Under the pieces are notes generated by a model that worked only from the letters and a program-made list of their open reading frames with translations, did not search any database and was not told where the DNA came from. The translations under genes and the position numbers were made by a program. A DNA stretch of 64,000 nucleotides from Moniliella sp. 'wahieum' (lineage: Eukaryota): positions 310,001 through 374,000 of the forward strand of contig RSEE01000059.1 in the NCBI GenBank assembly GCA_003971905.1. Reading direction: 5' to 3'. Positions 1 through 12,854 of the stretch are shown here, piece by piece (the stretch's first letter is position 1; every line of letters starts with the position of its first letter).

Positions 1-1294
1 AAGAGAACAGTGCCATGACCGTTGGCCTCAAAGTACACCCCACATCGTAGTGTTCGGCGGCATGGTGGAGGTGCTTGACGCCAGTCGGGGTGCAGGTGAT
101 GGGCACCCGCTGCGCCAGGTACTTGTTGAGCTGCCGTTGGCATAGGCCGTCTGAACACAGCCCACCTCGATGGCTACCCCGGCCTTTTGGCAAGATCAGA
201 AATGTAATCGGCTGCCAGGGAAGCAATCTTATCGCCGTCCAGCAACCGGAAGGAGGTCTTGTCTTGGGGCGGGCCAGCACAGTAAAAGTACACAATCCGG
301 TCGGCATCGCCATCGTACGCGGCCAAGCGGTCGTACGGCTTGATTCCGAGCGAAGCGTCCTCAAATCCCACGGGCAAGCTCTGGTGCGTCTTGACATAGT
401 CGCCCCGCTCCCGTTGTTGAGCACGCCAGGAGTGGTAATGTCGGTGCGGAGGATGCGAACGGACAAGTTGGAGGAAGGGATGTGCTCTGTCAACTTCTTC
501 AATGACACAGCACCCACACCATTGGCACAGTCGACGGTCAGAGGCGAAATCTCTGGCTTGCCCTCAACCAGGGTGTTGTAGGCATGGCTCAGCTTCTGGT
601 AGTACCCCTCGAGCGTGGGCTCGCCATACGCCGGGGGGTACCGGCAGTGTTGTTGGCCAAGACAAGGTAGTGCAGTTGGGGGGTGGTGACCAGGCCAGCA
701 TCAATGATCTTGGCACCAAGGGAGGCCAGACCATCCTTGACCGCCGTGGCCAATGGTACAGAGCTAGGGCGAGTGTCGTAGCCCACCACTACCGTCGCAG
801 GCGTGGCCAGATCAATCTTGAATTCGAACACAAGTTTGTCCAGCACGCCAATCAGCTCCTCGGGGGAACTGGCATTGGCGAGCGACGAGCAAAACGGTTC
901 CCACGGAGCCTCGAGCATCTCGCCCCGCGCATCGACGGCCTTGATGCCATTGTCCTGCCAAGCCAAACACGGGTCAGCACCGTTCCCACCAAGGGGAACG
1001 CAGGGGGGGGGTGACGCGACGTACCTCTTCGGGGTTGGCTAGCGGTGACCATGAGGCCAGTATACTTGCCTCCAAGCGCCTTGCTGCGGAGGGCACCAAT
1101 AAGGCCCATGCGGAAGCAGACGCCATCGAGGACGTTGGCCTGGCACAGGCGTCAGCTGGGCTGGTGGGGGGGGGGCGGGGGCGGAGGGGGACGTACTTGG
1201 TCCGGAGACCGGCGGTGCCATAGGTGAACTTGACGCCGGCGGGGGTGGGGTGCTTGGCGGAGGCAGCGAGGATGGCGTCCGAGGGCAGCGACAT
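1..1294 (-). CDS. PCM1: Phosphoacetylglucosamine mutase (N-terminal part; runs off the window start; introns and frameshifts)
   Basis: MSLPSDAILAAS...FTYGTAGLRTK followed by a GTACGT donor at ~1196. GLMVTAS(HN) phosphoserine motif, DNGIKAVDARGEMLE..WE, VVVGYDTRPSS, TTPQLHYLV, DCANGVGA and AAYDGDADRIVYF are all AGM1/PGM3 family signatures. Confidence 0.93.
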
Positions 1295-1542
1295 GGCGGT
1301 GGTGGTGAAGGCGGGGTGCGGGCAGGGGCGCTGCTGGCCCGCAGCAAGCATTCATCCAGCGCCGCTGGAGCCGGGGCGGGCGTGTCGATCCGATCGTGGA
1401 TCGAGGCGGGCGCGGCAGCAGCGGCGCCACGTGGACGCTGCCCCCGTGCGCGGGCGGCGGAGGTGCGGTGTGCGCTGCCAACACCAACACTCGCGGCAGA
1501 GCAGCGCAGTGCCAGCTGCAATGGAACACTCCTCCCAGCCAA

Positions 1543-1554
1543 CATCACGTGATG
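1543..1554. promoter_or_regulatory. Perfect 12-bp palindrome CATCACGTGATG (bHLH E-box, Cbf1/Pho4-type core) upstream of PCM1
   Basis: Read directly, about 250 bp upstream of the PCM1 ATG. Function is inferred. Confidence 0.45.
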
Positions 1555-1800
1555 CCGCAGCGGACTCTAACGTTCAGCGGACGGAGGTGCACGTGCATTC
1601 AATCAGGAGGACGGCGAAGATGCTCTCCCCACAGCAGCCTTCTGGACCGCAAAATACACAGTGTTAGTAGCGTCGGAGCAGTTCGCTGTGGGTTTATCTC
1701 GTCTCTATGCTCGCTTCTCAACGAGCATGCTTGGTTTTGGCCTTGTTTGGCGGCGCTGTTCAATGATCGAGACGGATCATCTGCATACTGACATGGGTTC

Positions 1801-3148
1801 CTATGCCGCATGCACAGCGGACAGGCAAACAAGAGCGGATGCTGCAATGGTATCTATGCCGCACATGGTACAATGCCAGAACGACAGGGGTGGAAATACA
1901 CGCGGTCCACAGGAAGAGCCCATTCGTTCTTGCCCCGTTTCAATCCTCGCTAACCATGGGGATAAAGAACTGCCGTTCAGGTCAGTTGGGACCACAATCA
2001 GCCACACATAGGACACAATGCATACCGACATGACTGTTCCTTGCGATCGGCCTCCCACGTGGACCATAAATACGGCGCAGGATTCATCGGGTGGAAGGTT
2101 GCCATCGTATGCGACTCAACCGAGTGGCTCGATAGGAACCGCATGAAGGGGCGCATGTCAAGGTCAATCTCCTCGCGCAACGGCGGGTCCTGCGAATTTT
2201 GTGTGGTAGGCACCATTTCTGGAGTTCCAAGCGGACTGTCAGCACCTCGTCTGTGAACAGAAAACCAAGGAGCCAAAAAAAAAACAAAGGACAAAAAAAC
2301 AAGAAAGACAGGGAGCTGGGACATACGAATACCACCCAGCAAATTCTTCCATTTCACCTCCACCGCCCCACGCTCATTCGATCCCCCCATCGTGAAGGTT
2401 CCCGCATTGTCGGCGGTGAAATGAAGCTTGGGAAACCCCATACGATTCAACCGCTCGGTGACGGTCCGTATTTTCGACAGTTTGGGCAGTTGGATCGACA
2501 CTGAGGGCAAGGAAACATGAGGCTCGTTGAACTCTTCCCACTCGGCGGGCTTCATGAGGCGGATGAGCACCTCGTGTTGAATTTCGGCCTTGGTCTTGCT
2601 TCCATCCTTGGATTCAGTGCCATTCTGGAGAGAAACATGTGTGAGCCAGGCTCAAGGATCTACAGCTCTTGATAAGGGGGGGGGGAACGTACCACGTCAG
2701 CCAAGATGGAGAAGGCAAGATGGGTGAGGCGCCTCGTTTCCAAGGCGCATAGTGATTGAGTCGGAATCAGCGGCGCTTTTCAGGGCCGAGGCGATCATTT
2801 CAGTCTGGACTTGGATGTTGATTTGGTCATGAACTTGCTCTGGACTTGATAATTGCGGAAGAAAATGTCCTGCAGAGAACGTCAGAAGAGGCAGGAGGGA
2901 ACACGGGAGGTCCTACCTTGGACAAAGTGCTGGCGGAACCACAAGCGTCAGTGTCACAGCAACGGCGAAGCACAGAGTCCGGGAGCAGCGGCACGTACGT
3001 CCACACCTGCACCCCGCCAGCGTCAGAGAGGGTGATGAACTTGATCTCGTCGGGGGAGAAGTGGAGGGTGCAGAAGGGCCCGATGCGCGCCATGACTGCA
3101 CTATCTTGAGCATCGTAGGCGCAGCCTCGATCTCGTGCGCAAACGCAT
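1801..3148 (-). CDS. HUS1: Checkpoint clamp (9-1-1) subunit Hus1, multi-exon; 3' end uncertain (between ~1800 and 2000)
   Basis: N-terminus MRLR(T)EI..TMLKIVQSMARIGPFCTLHFSPDEIKFITLSDAGGVQVWT. Later V.IRLMKPAEWEEFNEPHV.LPSVSIQLPKLSKIRTVTERLNRM and DMRPFMRFLSSHSV match the Hus1 pattern. GTACGT donors at ~2999 and ~2692. Confidence 0.85.
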
Positions 3149-3531
3149 GGCGTGGGGGGGGAGGGCGATGGTGGAGGCAGAAGGGAGAGTTAAATGAGTC
3201 GGCCGTGGGTAGCAGGTCGGGTGCCGCGAATGGGGAGGCGCTAGGGTTGGGCACGTGACGTGGATGCATGCTAGGGTTGTGCGCCACTCGGCCTGGTTGG
3301 AATACCGCGACTTCTGGTCGTGGGCCAAGTTCGGGCAGCGCTGCCACCATCTCACGTGGCCTCTCGTGCGCGCTGCTTTCCACACCATCGTCCTCCGTGC
3401 CGCGCCGTTTGCCCAGCACGCCTGCCTCCGCACGCACCCATCCGGCGGCGAGGCGATCGCCCTCGAGCCCTCGCCGCTGCCCCCACCGATCCCGATCCCC
3501 ATCGCGCCCCCCTGCTCCTGCCCAGCCCCCA

Positions 3532-6154
3532 GCCACCTTCTCCCAGTGCCTCGCCTTCAACAGCGTCCCTCAATGGCGGCAGGCCTACCTTGACTACAGC
3601 CAGCTCAAGCCCTGATCGCCCAACTCCATCAGAGAAGTTGTGATCCACCTCCCTTGTATCCGCCCCCATCCACTCCGGCACACTACGGCCTGGACATTGA
3701 GAGCGAATCGGCCGCCTTGCTCCCCGTTCTTCCCAGGACGAAGATGTATACAATCCAGACCGCACCTTTATCCCTGCCCTCGACCAGCAGCTCAAGAAGA
3801 TTTGCGACTTTTACCGTGTCCAAGAGCAAGCCCAGTTTGCCCAGTTGCTCAGCTGGAAACGGCCGTGGGATCGGCAGAGCAGGGCACGAACCTGCCCACC
3901 CAACCATCCCCCAGCATCCACGTCCCTGAGTCCTTGATCGAAATCGAAGATGAAGCCGCAGGGCAGCCGCAAGAGACTGCATCTGGGTCAGGGACGATGG
4001 AGTTGATCCCGATCCCATCGGTCCGTCTCAGTGGCTCTCCGCCCGTCACGAGGGAATCTTGTCTTCTCCTTGGCCTGCTCATTTGCCCCTTCCCGTGCTT
4101 CCAGGAGGAGAAGCTATCAGCCTCCTTCCAGTGCGGATGGAGTTCTTTTTGGGCGTCGAGGATGACTATGTGGTTGACCTGCGATTGACGCTGAAGCGGC
4201 GGGCGGCTGAGTTGTTTGTCAGTCTCTGTGAACTGCAACAGTATGCTGCGTTGAACCTGACGGGGTTGCAGAAGCTGCTGAAAAAGTACGACACGTGCCT
4301 ATCCCGGTCCCTCAAGGAGGCCTACCTGGAGCAAGTGTGTGATGAAGCAATACCCTTTTACAGCCGTTGCGCACGAAGCTCTAACCCGGCACATGAGCAC
4401 AGTTGTCGTCTTTATGCCCGAGTCCACACTCAGAACGAGTACGATCTTGCCTTGGAGCAACTCAAGCTTCATCTTCGGGAAGAAGTTGTGTGGCAACGGA
4501 ATACAGCTTGGCCCACGTTTGGGGTCGAAAATGCCGGGCCCGAGAACGCCATTGCGGTTGATATGGTGGACGAGCAAGTAGGGGAGGTTGTCTCGCCGAT
4601 CCCCAAGGCGGGGGGGTTTCTCTTTCCAACTGTGTCTGCGATCCAGCTTGCGGTCGCATTGCTCATCTTTGTTGCGTGTTGAAACTGTCCATGCTCCGGT
4701 TCTTTACTCGGGTCGAGGCGCAAAACTGTTTCGCCATGCTGGTGCTGTGCACCATCTTGTGGGCGACCGAGGTGATCCCTCTCTTTGCCACTTCCTTCCT
4801 TGTCCCCTTTTTGGTGGTCACATTGCGTGTGGCTCGCAGCGACGATGGGAAGGACCGGCGGCTCGGGCCGACGAGACAGCCAATGGATCTTTCTGCAAAT
4901 GTTTGCACCCAACATGTACCTTCTCATTGGAGGGTTTACTCTTGCGCTGTGTTGGGCAAATACGGCATCGACAAGGTGCTGGCCGTCAAGGTTTTGCGCT
5001 TGGCCGGTACCAACCCTCAACGGTTCTGTTGGCTCATATGGCGGTAGCCACGTTTGCGTCGATGTGGGTGTCGAACGTGGCTCACCCGTGCTGATGTACG
5101 GTCTGATCCAACCCATTCTCGACTTGCCTCAGGACTCGTCCTATGCCCGTGCGCTCATCTTGGGCATTGCGTTGGCGTCCAACATTGGCGGACAAACATC
5201 GCCGATTGCCTCGCCACAGAACTTGATTGCGCTGCAGTACATGAAAGAGCCGCTGGGTTGGCTCCAGTGGTTTGCCATCACCATTCCTGTCTCGGGTTTG
5301 AGTGTGGTGGCGATCTGGTTGCTCATGTTGCGCGTGTACGGATCGGGGGAAGGGGTGGTGATCCGCAAGGTGGCCTCGTCCGAGCCGTTCAGTCGGACCC
5401 AGTGGTTCATCACGGGCGTCAGCGTGGCTACGATTTTGCTCTGGTGTGTGGAGCGCAACTTGGATTACATCCTGGGCGACATGGGCGTCGTGGCTTGATC
5501 CCGCTCGTTGTCTTTTTCGGTTCGGGCTTGCTGACCAAGGACGACTTTAACAACTTTTTGTGGACCGTCGTCTTCCTCGCCATGGGAGGCATTGCTTGGG
5601 CAAGGCCGTGACCGCATCGGGGTTGCTCGATAGCCTGGACTTGCGTATGTGCTGCTCGGCTCGGTTCTTCTTTGGTGATCCCTCCACTGACTGCGCTTTT
5701 GATTTGATTCGCCTTTTCTGCAGTGATCCAGAGCATTGTTCAGCACATGCCTCTGTGGCAAGTTCTGCTCAGTCTCCTCGCCATCTCGCTGGTTGTAGCC
5801 ACCTTTATCTCCCACACGATCGCTACCGTGCTCTTGGCGCCAATTGCGGCCCAGGTAGGCGATCGTCTCGAATCACCCCACCCGCGTCTACTGATCATGG
5901 CCACCACGCTGGCTGCGAGCGCAGCCATGGGCCTTCCTGTTTCTGGCTTCCCCAACATGACTGCCGCCTCGCTCGAAGATCGGACGGGGAAGCGGTACTT
6001 GGCAGTGAAAGATTTCCTTCGGTCGGGCTTGCTGGCGTCGGTGCTTTGTGGCGCGATCATTGCCACGGCTGGTGTGCTGGTCATGAGGTGCTGCAGCTGT
6101 AACCTGGTCAAGACAACCTCCTTGCTGTCACTTGGCGCTACCTCCTTGTCCTAA
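3532..6154 (+). CDS. SPX-domain low-affinity phosphate transporter (Pho87/Pho90/Pho91, DASS/SLC13 type); start codon not evident
   Basis: SPX N-terminus FSQCLAFNSVPQWRQAYLDYSQLK and ELQQYAALNLTGLQKLLKKYD. Membrane part: ILWATEVIPLFATS, WVSNVA, LILGIALASNIGGQTSPIASPQN, TFISHTIA, MGLPVSGFPNMTA. Intron 5645..5723 (GTATGT..CAG). Confidence 0.93.
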
Positions 6155-6987
6155 TTGACCCATCCATTTATGATCTGATCTGTTGTCGCTCCGGTTCGCT
6201 TCTGGACGGTGGACTGTTGCTCGTGGATTCCAAAGAGGGAAACGGACAGAGGAAAGCAACCCGGGCCTGCTCAGCCGGAAGGCTAAGGTTGCCACCACGT
6301 TAGAGCGCTAGCTAGTTGCGAGCCAAGCCGAGACAGGCAGCGCTTTGAGGCGCAGCGACCCCCCCCCCCTCCTCGTGCCATGGTCCCTTCAGTTCTCTGG
6401 CCAGAGAGTGTGGGAGTGTCCGACTGGGTTGGTTATGCTAACCAGCAGAGACCAGAACCTCAGGGTCACATGTCACATGTCACAGGCCACAGGAACCTAC
6501 TGTAATAACGTGTGGTGAGTCCTTGGCTGAGCCAACTGGATTTTGGTTTGGATGGAGGAGGAGCACGGCAGTCGGACAATCATCCACTCTGAGCGTACCG
6601 GATGAGAGGAGCAGCCAACAGAGAAAGAGTGCGACGAGGAACGAATGCGGTATATAATCAGATAGGGGGCAGGATGGAGGATACAGCAGTAGGGAAACGC
6701 CATCGTTCTGAAACGCAAGAAAGGACTGCCTGTCAGCCGCACATGGGAGAAAAATGGGGAGACAGACAGATGGGTTGAACGAAAGGTGGGTGAAGGGGAG
6801 GGGGGGGACGATGCAAGTGGGGATCAGGGGGGAATCGGGGCATCAGGGAATCGGGGTGTCCAGACCAAACGAAGGCAGCACACAGGGAAAGGGGAGGGGC
6901 GAGGCGAGCTGTAGCAACAGGGGCAACAGGAGAGGAAGAGGAGAGAGACGACGGGGGGTAACACAAATGAAAAAAAAGAAATGCAAC

Positions 6988-9900
6988 TCAAGCCACCCGT
7001 ACCACCACTGTCGCCCCAGCGTCCGAGGGGGTATCAGCCCTTTCAAAAGCCCGAGGGGCGTCTTGGAGGGAGAGGATGGCACTCAGACGAGGACATATGG
7101 TCCCGTCCAGCGCGGCACGGTGCATGCTGAGCAACGCGTCGTGCGTACCGTGGAACGGGTCCGGTCCGATCCAGTGGTACTCGATGGTTTCTTGTCCTTT
7201 TTGAACAAGGAGCGCTTAAACGCATGCGAGTGGGCTTTCGTCCCACCATGGCTTCCCCACTCCTCGCCATAGCACGTAACAAAGTGACCATCGCGCACAA
7301 GCAGACGCCATGAAGCACTGTACAGCTTGCGGTCCCCGATCGTGTCCACCACAAGATCAAAACTACTTCGTGGAGCGAGTGGATCGCCCACAACGCTTCG
7401 CCCACCACCACCTCGTGGGCGCCGTTGGCCTGGGCGATCGCATAACCCTCGGTGGAGCCGGGCGGACAGTGGGCCACGATGATCAGCCCCAATTGGGTAC
7501 AGGCTTGCATTGTCAACAGTCCCACACCATCGTGGGCATTGAGAATGAGCACACGCGACCCGCGCTCGAGGTGCTGGCAATAGTGCTGCTGTACCTGGAA
7601 CGCCAATGCACCCGTAGCTGGCAGTGCGGCGATTTGCTCCGGGGTCAAGCTTTCTTCGGGCGCCTTGGCTACGAGCGACTGGTCAATGAGTAGGTACTCG
7701 GCGAGCGCGCCCGACTAGACAGGACACTTGAGTCAGATATCCACTCGCTCAGAGCAAAAGCAAATCGGGAAACAGGAACGTACTGTTTTGCAATCGGTCA
7801 GGCCAAAGACCATGTCGCCTTTGTGCACCTCTTCCACTCCCGAGCCCACAGCGGCAATCCGCCCACAAAAGCTGCGGCCGGGAACAAACCCGTCCGCTTC
7901 GACCGACCGCACTCGGTCCCGTACGATCGCCTGTCTACCGCATCAATCGCGACGGCCATGACAGCAACCAAGACCTCGTCAGGCCCCACCCGGCGCGGCA
8001 CAGGCCAATCTTGCGCCAGACCAAGTTTTCTTGAACCCTGTTCCCCCCCGCAGAGCCAGTCTCGTTCGATTCCTCAACCGCGCATGCCGTCTCGTTGGGG
8101 TGGCTGGGAACCACTCGTGATGACAATGGCCGCCATGGTCGGTTTATTCTGCAGCGGGCTTTCATCGGTTTCAGAAAGCCGCCGCGGGGGTCCATCATCA
8201 GCACTGGATTGCGCACCGGGACAGCAGGGGAGCTTAGGATCGACGCTGGCCCCTGGGCAGTTGTGTTTTCCGGTCCGAAATCCACATTCTGTTGGGGGTG
8301 CGACACGCGTTGGTGGGGGTTCCCATTGCTGGAAGCAATTGACGAAGTTTGGGCGAAGCCTCCACTGTCCGAGATGAGAGCGGTCGTGGGGGCATCGAGG
8401 GGGCCGGAAGAGCTGGGCCAGTCCGGCGTGGGGTCGACGGGGGTATCGAGAGAACCAGTAGGGAGCGAAGCGACCGAGTTGGAGAAAAACGCTGGACGCT
8501 TCACGGGGCAGGCGAAGGGGCCTCCTCCATAACAAGCACCGGGAGAGAGCCTAGCCGTTCGTCGATGCTTTCCATGGGGCGGTTGACCATGCTACCCTGA
8601 GGATGAGGACGGTAGTAGGATCCGTCGAGCACAGAAGGTTCTGAACCCACGGCTGGCCCGCTTCTCCCTTTACGTACTGACGAGGTATGAGGGAGGCGAT
8701 CCGAAGCTGCATGAATGCTCAGACCCGACGCATTCCCGTTCGACTGTAAGGGCGGACCAGGGGTGACCGGCGAATTCTCTGCCGAAAGCTGGGGGTACTT
8801 TGGGTCATCGGAGAGCCTGGAAGGGAGTGAAGCGGAGGGGGACTCCACTACAGCAGGAGGGGCCGGGGAAAAAAAGGAAGAGCAGGTTTGTCCATGTGCG
8901 AAGAAAGAGATTTCATCGTCAAAGGTTGCAGCAGGGCACTGCGCCCTTTCATCCTTTTCTTAGCCTTGGCGCTTTGGGGCTCACTTTGGATCAGCTGCGA
9001 AATGGTCATTCCACCCAGATAAACGGTGGTACCCTGCTCCACTTCCGAAGGAGAAGGCTTGACTTTCGTTTTCTTAGCCTTAAACTTGGATACTGGTTTT
9101 TGACGATAGTGAAGCGCTTTGTTTCCAGTGTGGCGGCATTTTGTTCAGATTGGTGGAATGGGACAGGGGGAGTTGGGGGTGTCCGTTGTTCTTCGGAGGG
9201 AAGCAGACCAGACCGCGGTACAGAGGCCGGGTAAACAAATGGCACTGGCTCTGCCGAGGGGGACTCGAAGCGGCCGAGTGCGGCGTGGACAAAAGTTCCG
9301 AGCGCGCCGAAGCGATAGGACTGCCGACTGGACGTTTGCGTGATGGCCGCACAGGAATCACAGGCCCAGCCACAGGGGCATTCATACCCGAGGGAGAGCC
9401 ACGAGGGCTATCCATCTGCAAATTCTCACTCCCTGGGCCCATTGGTTGAGGCTGGTCATCGAGGGCCGTTGAAGATACAAGAACGGGGGGCGGCAGCACG
9501 ACTGGCGGAGGAAAGTCCGGTGCATCAGAGCGCGAAGAGGTGCACTGCGGCGGGGCGGGAACGGTATCGGGTACAGCGGTGGCGTGGACGACCGGGGGTG
9601 AACCTGATAGGGCTGGAGATTCTTTCGGGGACTCCTCCGGATGGGCTTCGAACAAGAGTGGGGCAGAAGGCTCCACGCCCTCCTGCCCATCCGAAGAAGA
9701 GAGGTGCGGGTCGGGGTTAAGGCGATTCTTGCGCGCGGGGGGAGGGGGGCATCTCCCTGCTTTGACCTGTTGGCAAAGGGACGAGTGTGGTGATGGTGAC
9801 GCCTGGGCTGACCCAAGAACCAAGGACCAAGTGGGAGATTCCTTCTCGGAGGAAATGTCGGACCTGCTGCTCGAGCTTTCATTGCGCTCATGGCCGGGAC

Positions 9901-12854
9901 TTGCACGTGGCTTGCCCAAGCCGACATTGAGCGTATCAGCCAGGTTCGTTGGTGAATACACACCCAACATGACGGAATGAGACGATCCAGAAGCTAAAGC
10001 ATTGCCCACGGAAATCACGTTGGAGGAAGTATCGGATGTGGGAGCCTGAAAGACAGGTGCATCAACCTTGCCTCCCGCCTTTGAAGTGGGGGACTTGGTT
10101 TCCACCACGAGGGGAGAGGGTGCCTTGTGTACTGGGATTAATGCGTTGGTAGTAGCAGTGGGCAAAGCGACCGCTAACGAGTTAGCAACAGGGGAGATTG
10201 CAGGTGAAAGCAAGGCCTGTTGGTAGCGTCCTCGGGTCATAATACTAGGATTCGCTAAGGCAGCTTCTTTTGCTTTGACTTTCTCTGCCAGTGCCTTTTC
10301 TGCCTGCAACCTCTGGGCCTGGGCACGCTCTTCTTGGTCGACGGTATGGAAGGCTCCTAGCCAAACTTCCCCGAGTTCGGCATCGATCCCCTCGAAGGAT
10401 ATACGGTCATGAGGCGGGCTCTCCCCAGCTGGGGGTACCGATTCCGCCTCTGCGGAGGGTGACGCCTTCTCGGCCTCGGAGAAGATCATATCCGAACGAG
10501 GTTGGGTGGGCTCTGGGATATGTGCCTCCTTGGGCTTCTCCTTTACAGAAGAAGACTCTAGCCCGAACTGATCGAAAATGCCACGTAGACCAAATAAGTC
10601 ATCTTCCTGCGACTTGGAGGAAGGGATTGGGGCTTGGGAAGCAGCCTCGGCATGAGGGAAGGTTCCGGTGTCTGTGTCTCATGTGACGTGCTGTGGTGTA
10701 CCCTAGTCTCCACCATCATATGTTTGGACTCTGGCTCGACTTCAGGCAAGCCATTAGGACTCTCCTCAGGTTGGCTCGCTTGCTGGAACTCAGGCTCGGC
10801 GGCATCATGCTCATGATCCTTGGATGCAAGAAACGCGTTGATACCAAAGACGGACCCGAGAGAGATGGTGGACAACCTCTTAGGATTGACCACTTCTATC
10901 GAAGGAGTCCCCTGGAGCGAGGGGCTCTCGTCTTGGGGGCGAGGGACGCCTGGGTCCCACAAGCACCACGGGCGTGGTGCCTTCCGTGCAGGGGGTTCCG
11001 GACGTCACGCTTACCGGACGAGAAGAGAGGGAGGATTCGCCCTCGCTTTCTTCTGCGACGCGTGCAAGCGGGCCTGGGGATACATGGGCCCATTTTCCCT
11101 GTGGATCTGACGAAAGAAGAGAGGTGTCGCTTGATGACGCCTCCACTTCCTCCTCGTCGTTCTCATCCTCATCCTCTCCTTTCTTCGTCTTCTTCGTCTT
11201 CTTCGTCTTCTTCGTCCTCCTCCTCCTCCTCCTCCTCTTCCGCCTCCTCCTCCTCGTCAGTCTCTTCTTCTTCGCTCACCTCATCATCCCCCTCGCCCAA
11301 CTGGCCTTCCTCACTGCTCTCCTTGTCATCCTCAATCTCCCCGCCTTCTTCACCATGGCCATCAAGCGGCGTGTCCTTCTCATCCTTCCTCGAGTCTGAA
11401 CCGAGCCCTGCTGGGGCTACAGCGCAAGCCGGTGGCTCAGACACATAAGTCCGGTGCAAGATCTCATCCCACTCGGTATCAGAGTCGCGGTTGCCTTGGC
11501 TGGTGCGATCCAGCACGGAGGATGAGACCGGGACGGAGGGTGAGACGGAGAGGGAAGTGGCACTCGCACTGGAGCTTGGGGGCTGGAAGGCCGGAGTGGA
11601 AGGGGACAGCCGAGACGGTTGGAGCGGCGGTTGGAACACAGGTTGGAGCCCCTGCTGGGTGGGAGGCTGGCTCTGCTGTGGGAGAGGAGCACGATGTGGT
11701 GCTGGGGCAAGGCCGGGAGAGTAGGCTCGCACATGCGGCAGAGAGGCAGGCTCAACACCGGGGGTAACAGCGACCTGACCCGTCCAGGGCCCGACGACCT
11801 GTCTCGCGACCTGGTCAACGGGCCGGTCGTGCGCCAGCTCGGCACGCAGGCGAGCGAGGTGCTCTTGTTTGCGAGCGAGGCCGTTGGCGGTTGTGCCATG
11901 GGTAAAGCGATGGGAGGGGTGGGCATGAGGCGCGCCCCAGGCCCGCGCCGCCGTGTTCACATCCTCAGGCGGGGGAGGCGCAACGATGGACGAGTCTTGC
12001 GGGCGCTCCCAGGTGCGTGCAATGTCGGTGCCTGACACGGAAGCGATGAAGGCTTTCCAGTTGGCTGGGCCATGCGCGGGGTTGCCCCGGTGCGACCCAG
12101 GTGCCTGGGACAGGGCATGTGCTGCGGCGGGCGGCATGTAGGCGCGCGGGGGGCCTGCGCCTGCAGACACAAGAGAGGGCACGTACGAGGCGGCGTAGGA
12201 AGGGGCAGACGAGGAGGTGTAAGAGGAGGGGGCATATGAGGAGGCATAGGCTGGTGCTCCGGCTGTGGCACGCATATGTCAGTCCAACAAGTCAGGATGC
12301 GCGGCTGCGGCGGCGTGCAGCGTGACGACAAGCGAGGGGATGGACATACCATGGCCCATCTGGGCAGTGTAGGACGGCCGGTTGGTGGACGACACACTGG
12401 GAAGCGGCGGCGGCGGCGGGTAGGAGGGGGGGAAGGCACGGGGCGCTAGGGTCGGGGGCGATGGGCTGGGGCACGGGGGGAGAGGAGGCACAGGCGGGGG
12501 GGGAGGTGGTGGGCAGGCGTGCTGCTGGGCGTGCGGAGGGAGCCGAGCCACGAGCCGAGGGAGTGGGCGGAGCGGGCAGAGCGGGCGGAGCGGCTGGTGG
12601 CTGCGCTGGGCGAGCGCGCATCGTCGTCGAGGCGGAGGACGGTGGGTGGGACGCCGCTGCGGGCGGCGTAGGCGGGGGTGGCTGGTGGCCGCAGGGCGGT
12701 AGTCGACGGGGGACGGGTGGGGGCGGGGGCTGCGTCGCTGTAGGTGTGGGAGGGCCGGTTGAGCAGCGAGTCGACGATGCGGCATTGGTGGCGGCGCGTG
12801 CGCGTGCGGTCCAGACGGTGTGGGCTGTGCCTGTGGGGTTCTGCGCCTCAGCAT
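6988..12854 (-). CDS. Very large Pro/Ser-rich low-complexity protein with a C-terminal medium-chain dehydrogenase/reductase (GroES-like + Rossmann; zeta-crystallin/RTN4IP1-like) domain; frameshifted
   Basis: Abutting minus-strand ORFs from 12854 to ~7000. C-terminal VGPDEVLVAVMAVAID, PGRSFCGRI..VGSGVE...KGD.VFGL, SGALAEY, PEQIAALP, VLILNAHDGVGLL and FDLVVDTIG, ending GATVVVRVA*. Intron 7715..7783. That this is a single gene is inferred. Confidence 0.7.
11160..11335 (-). repeat. (GAG/GAA/GAC)n triplet tract encoding a poly-Glu/Asp acidic stretch
   Basis: TCC/TTC/TCG runs on the + strand, translating to EEEETDEEEEAEEEEEEEEDEEDEEDEEDEE. Confidence 0.85.
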
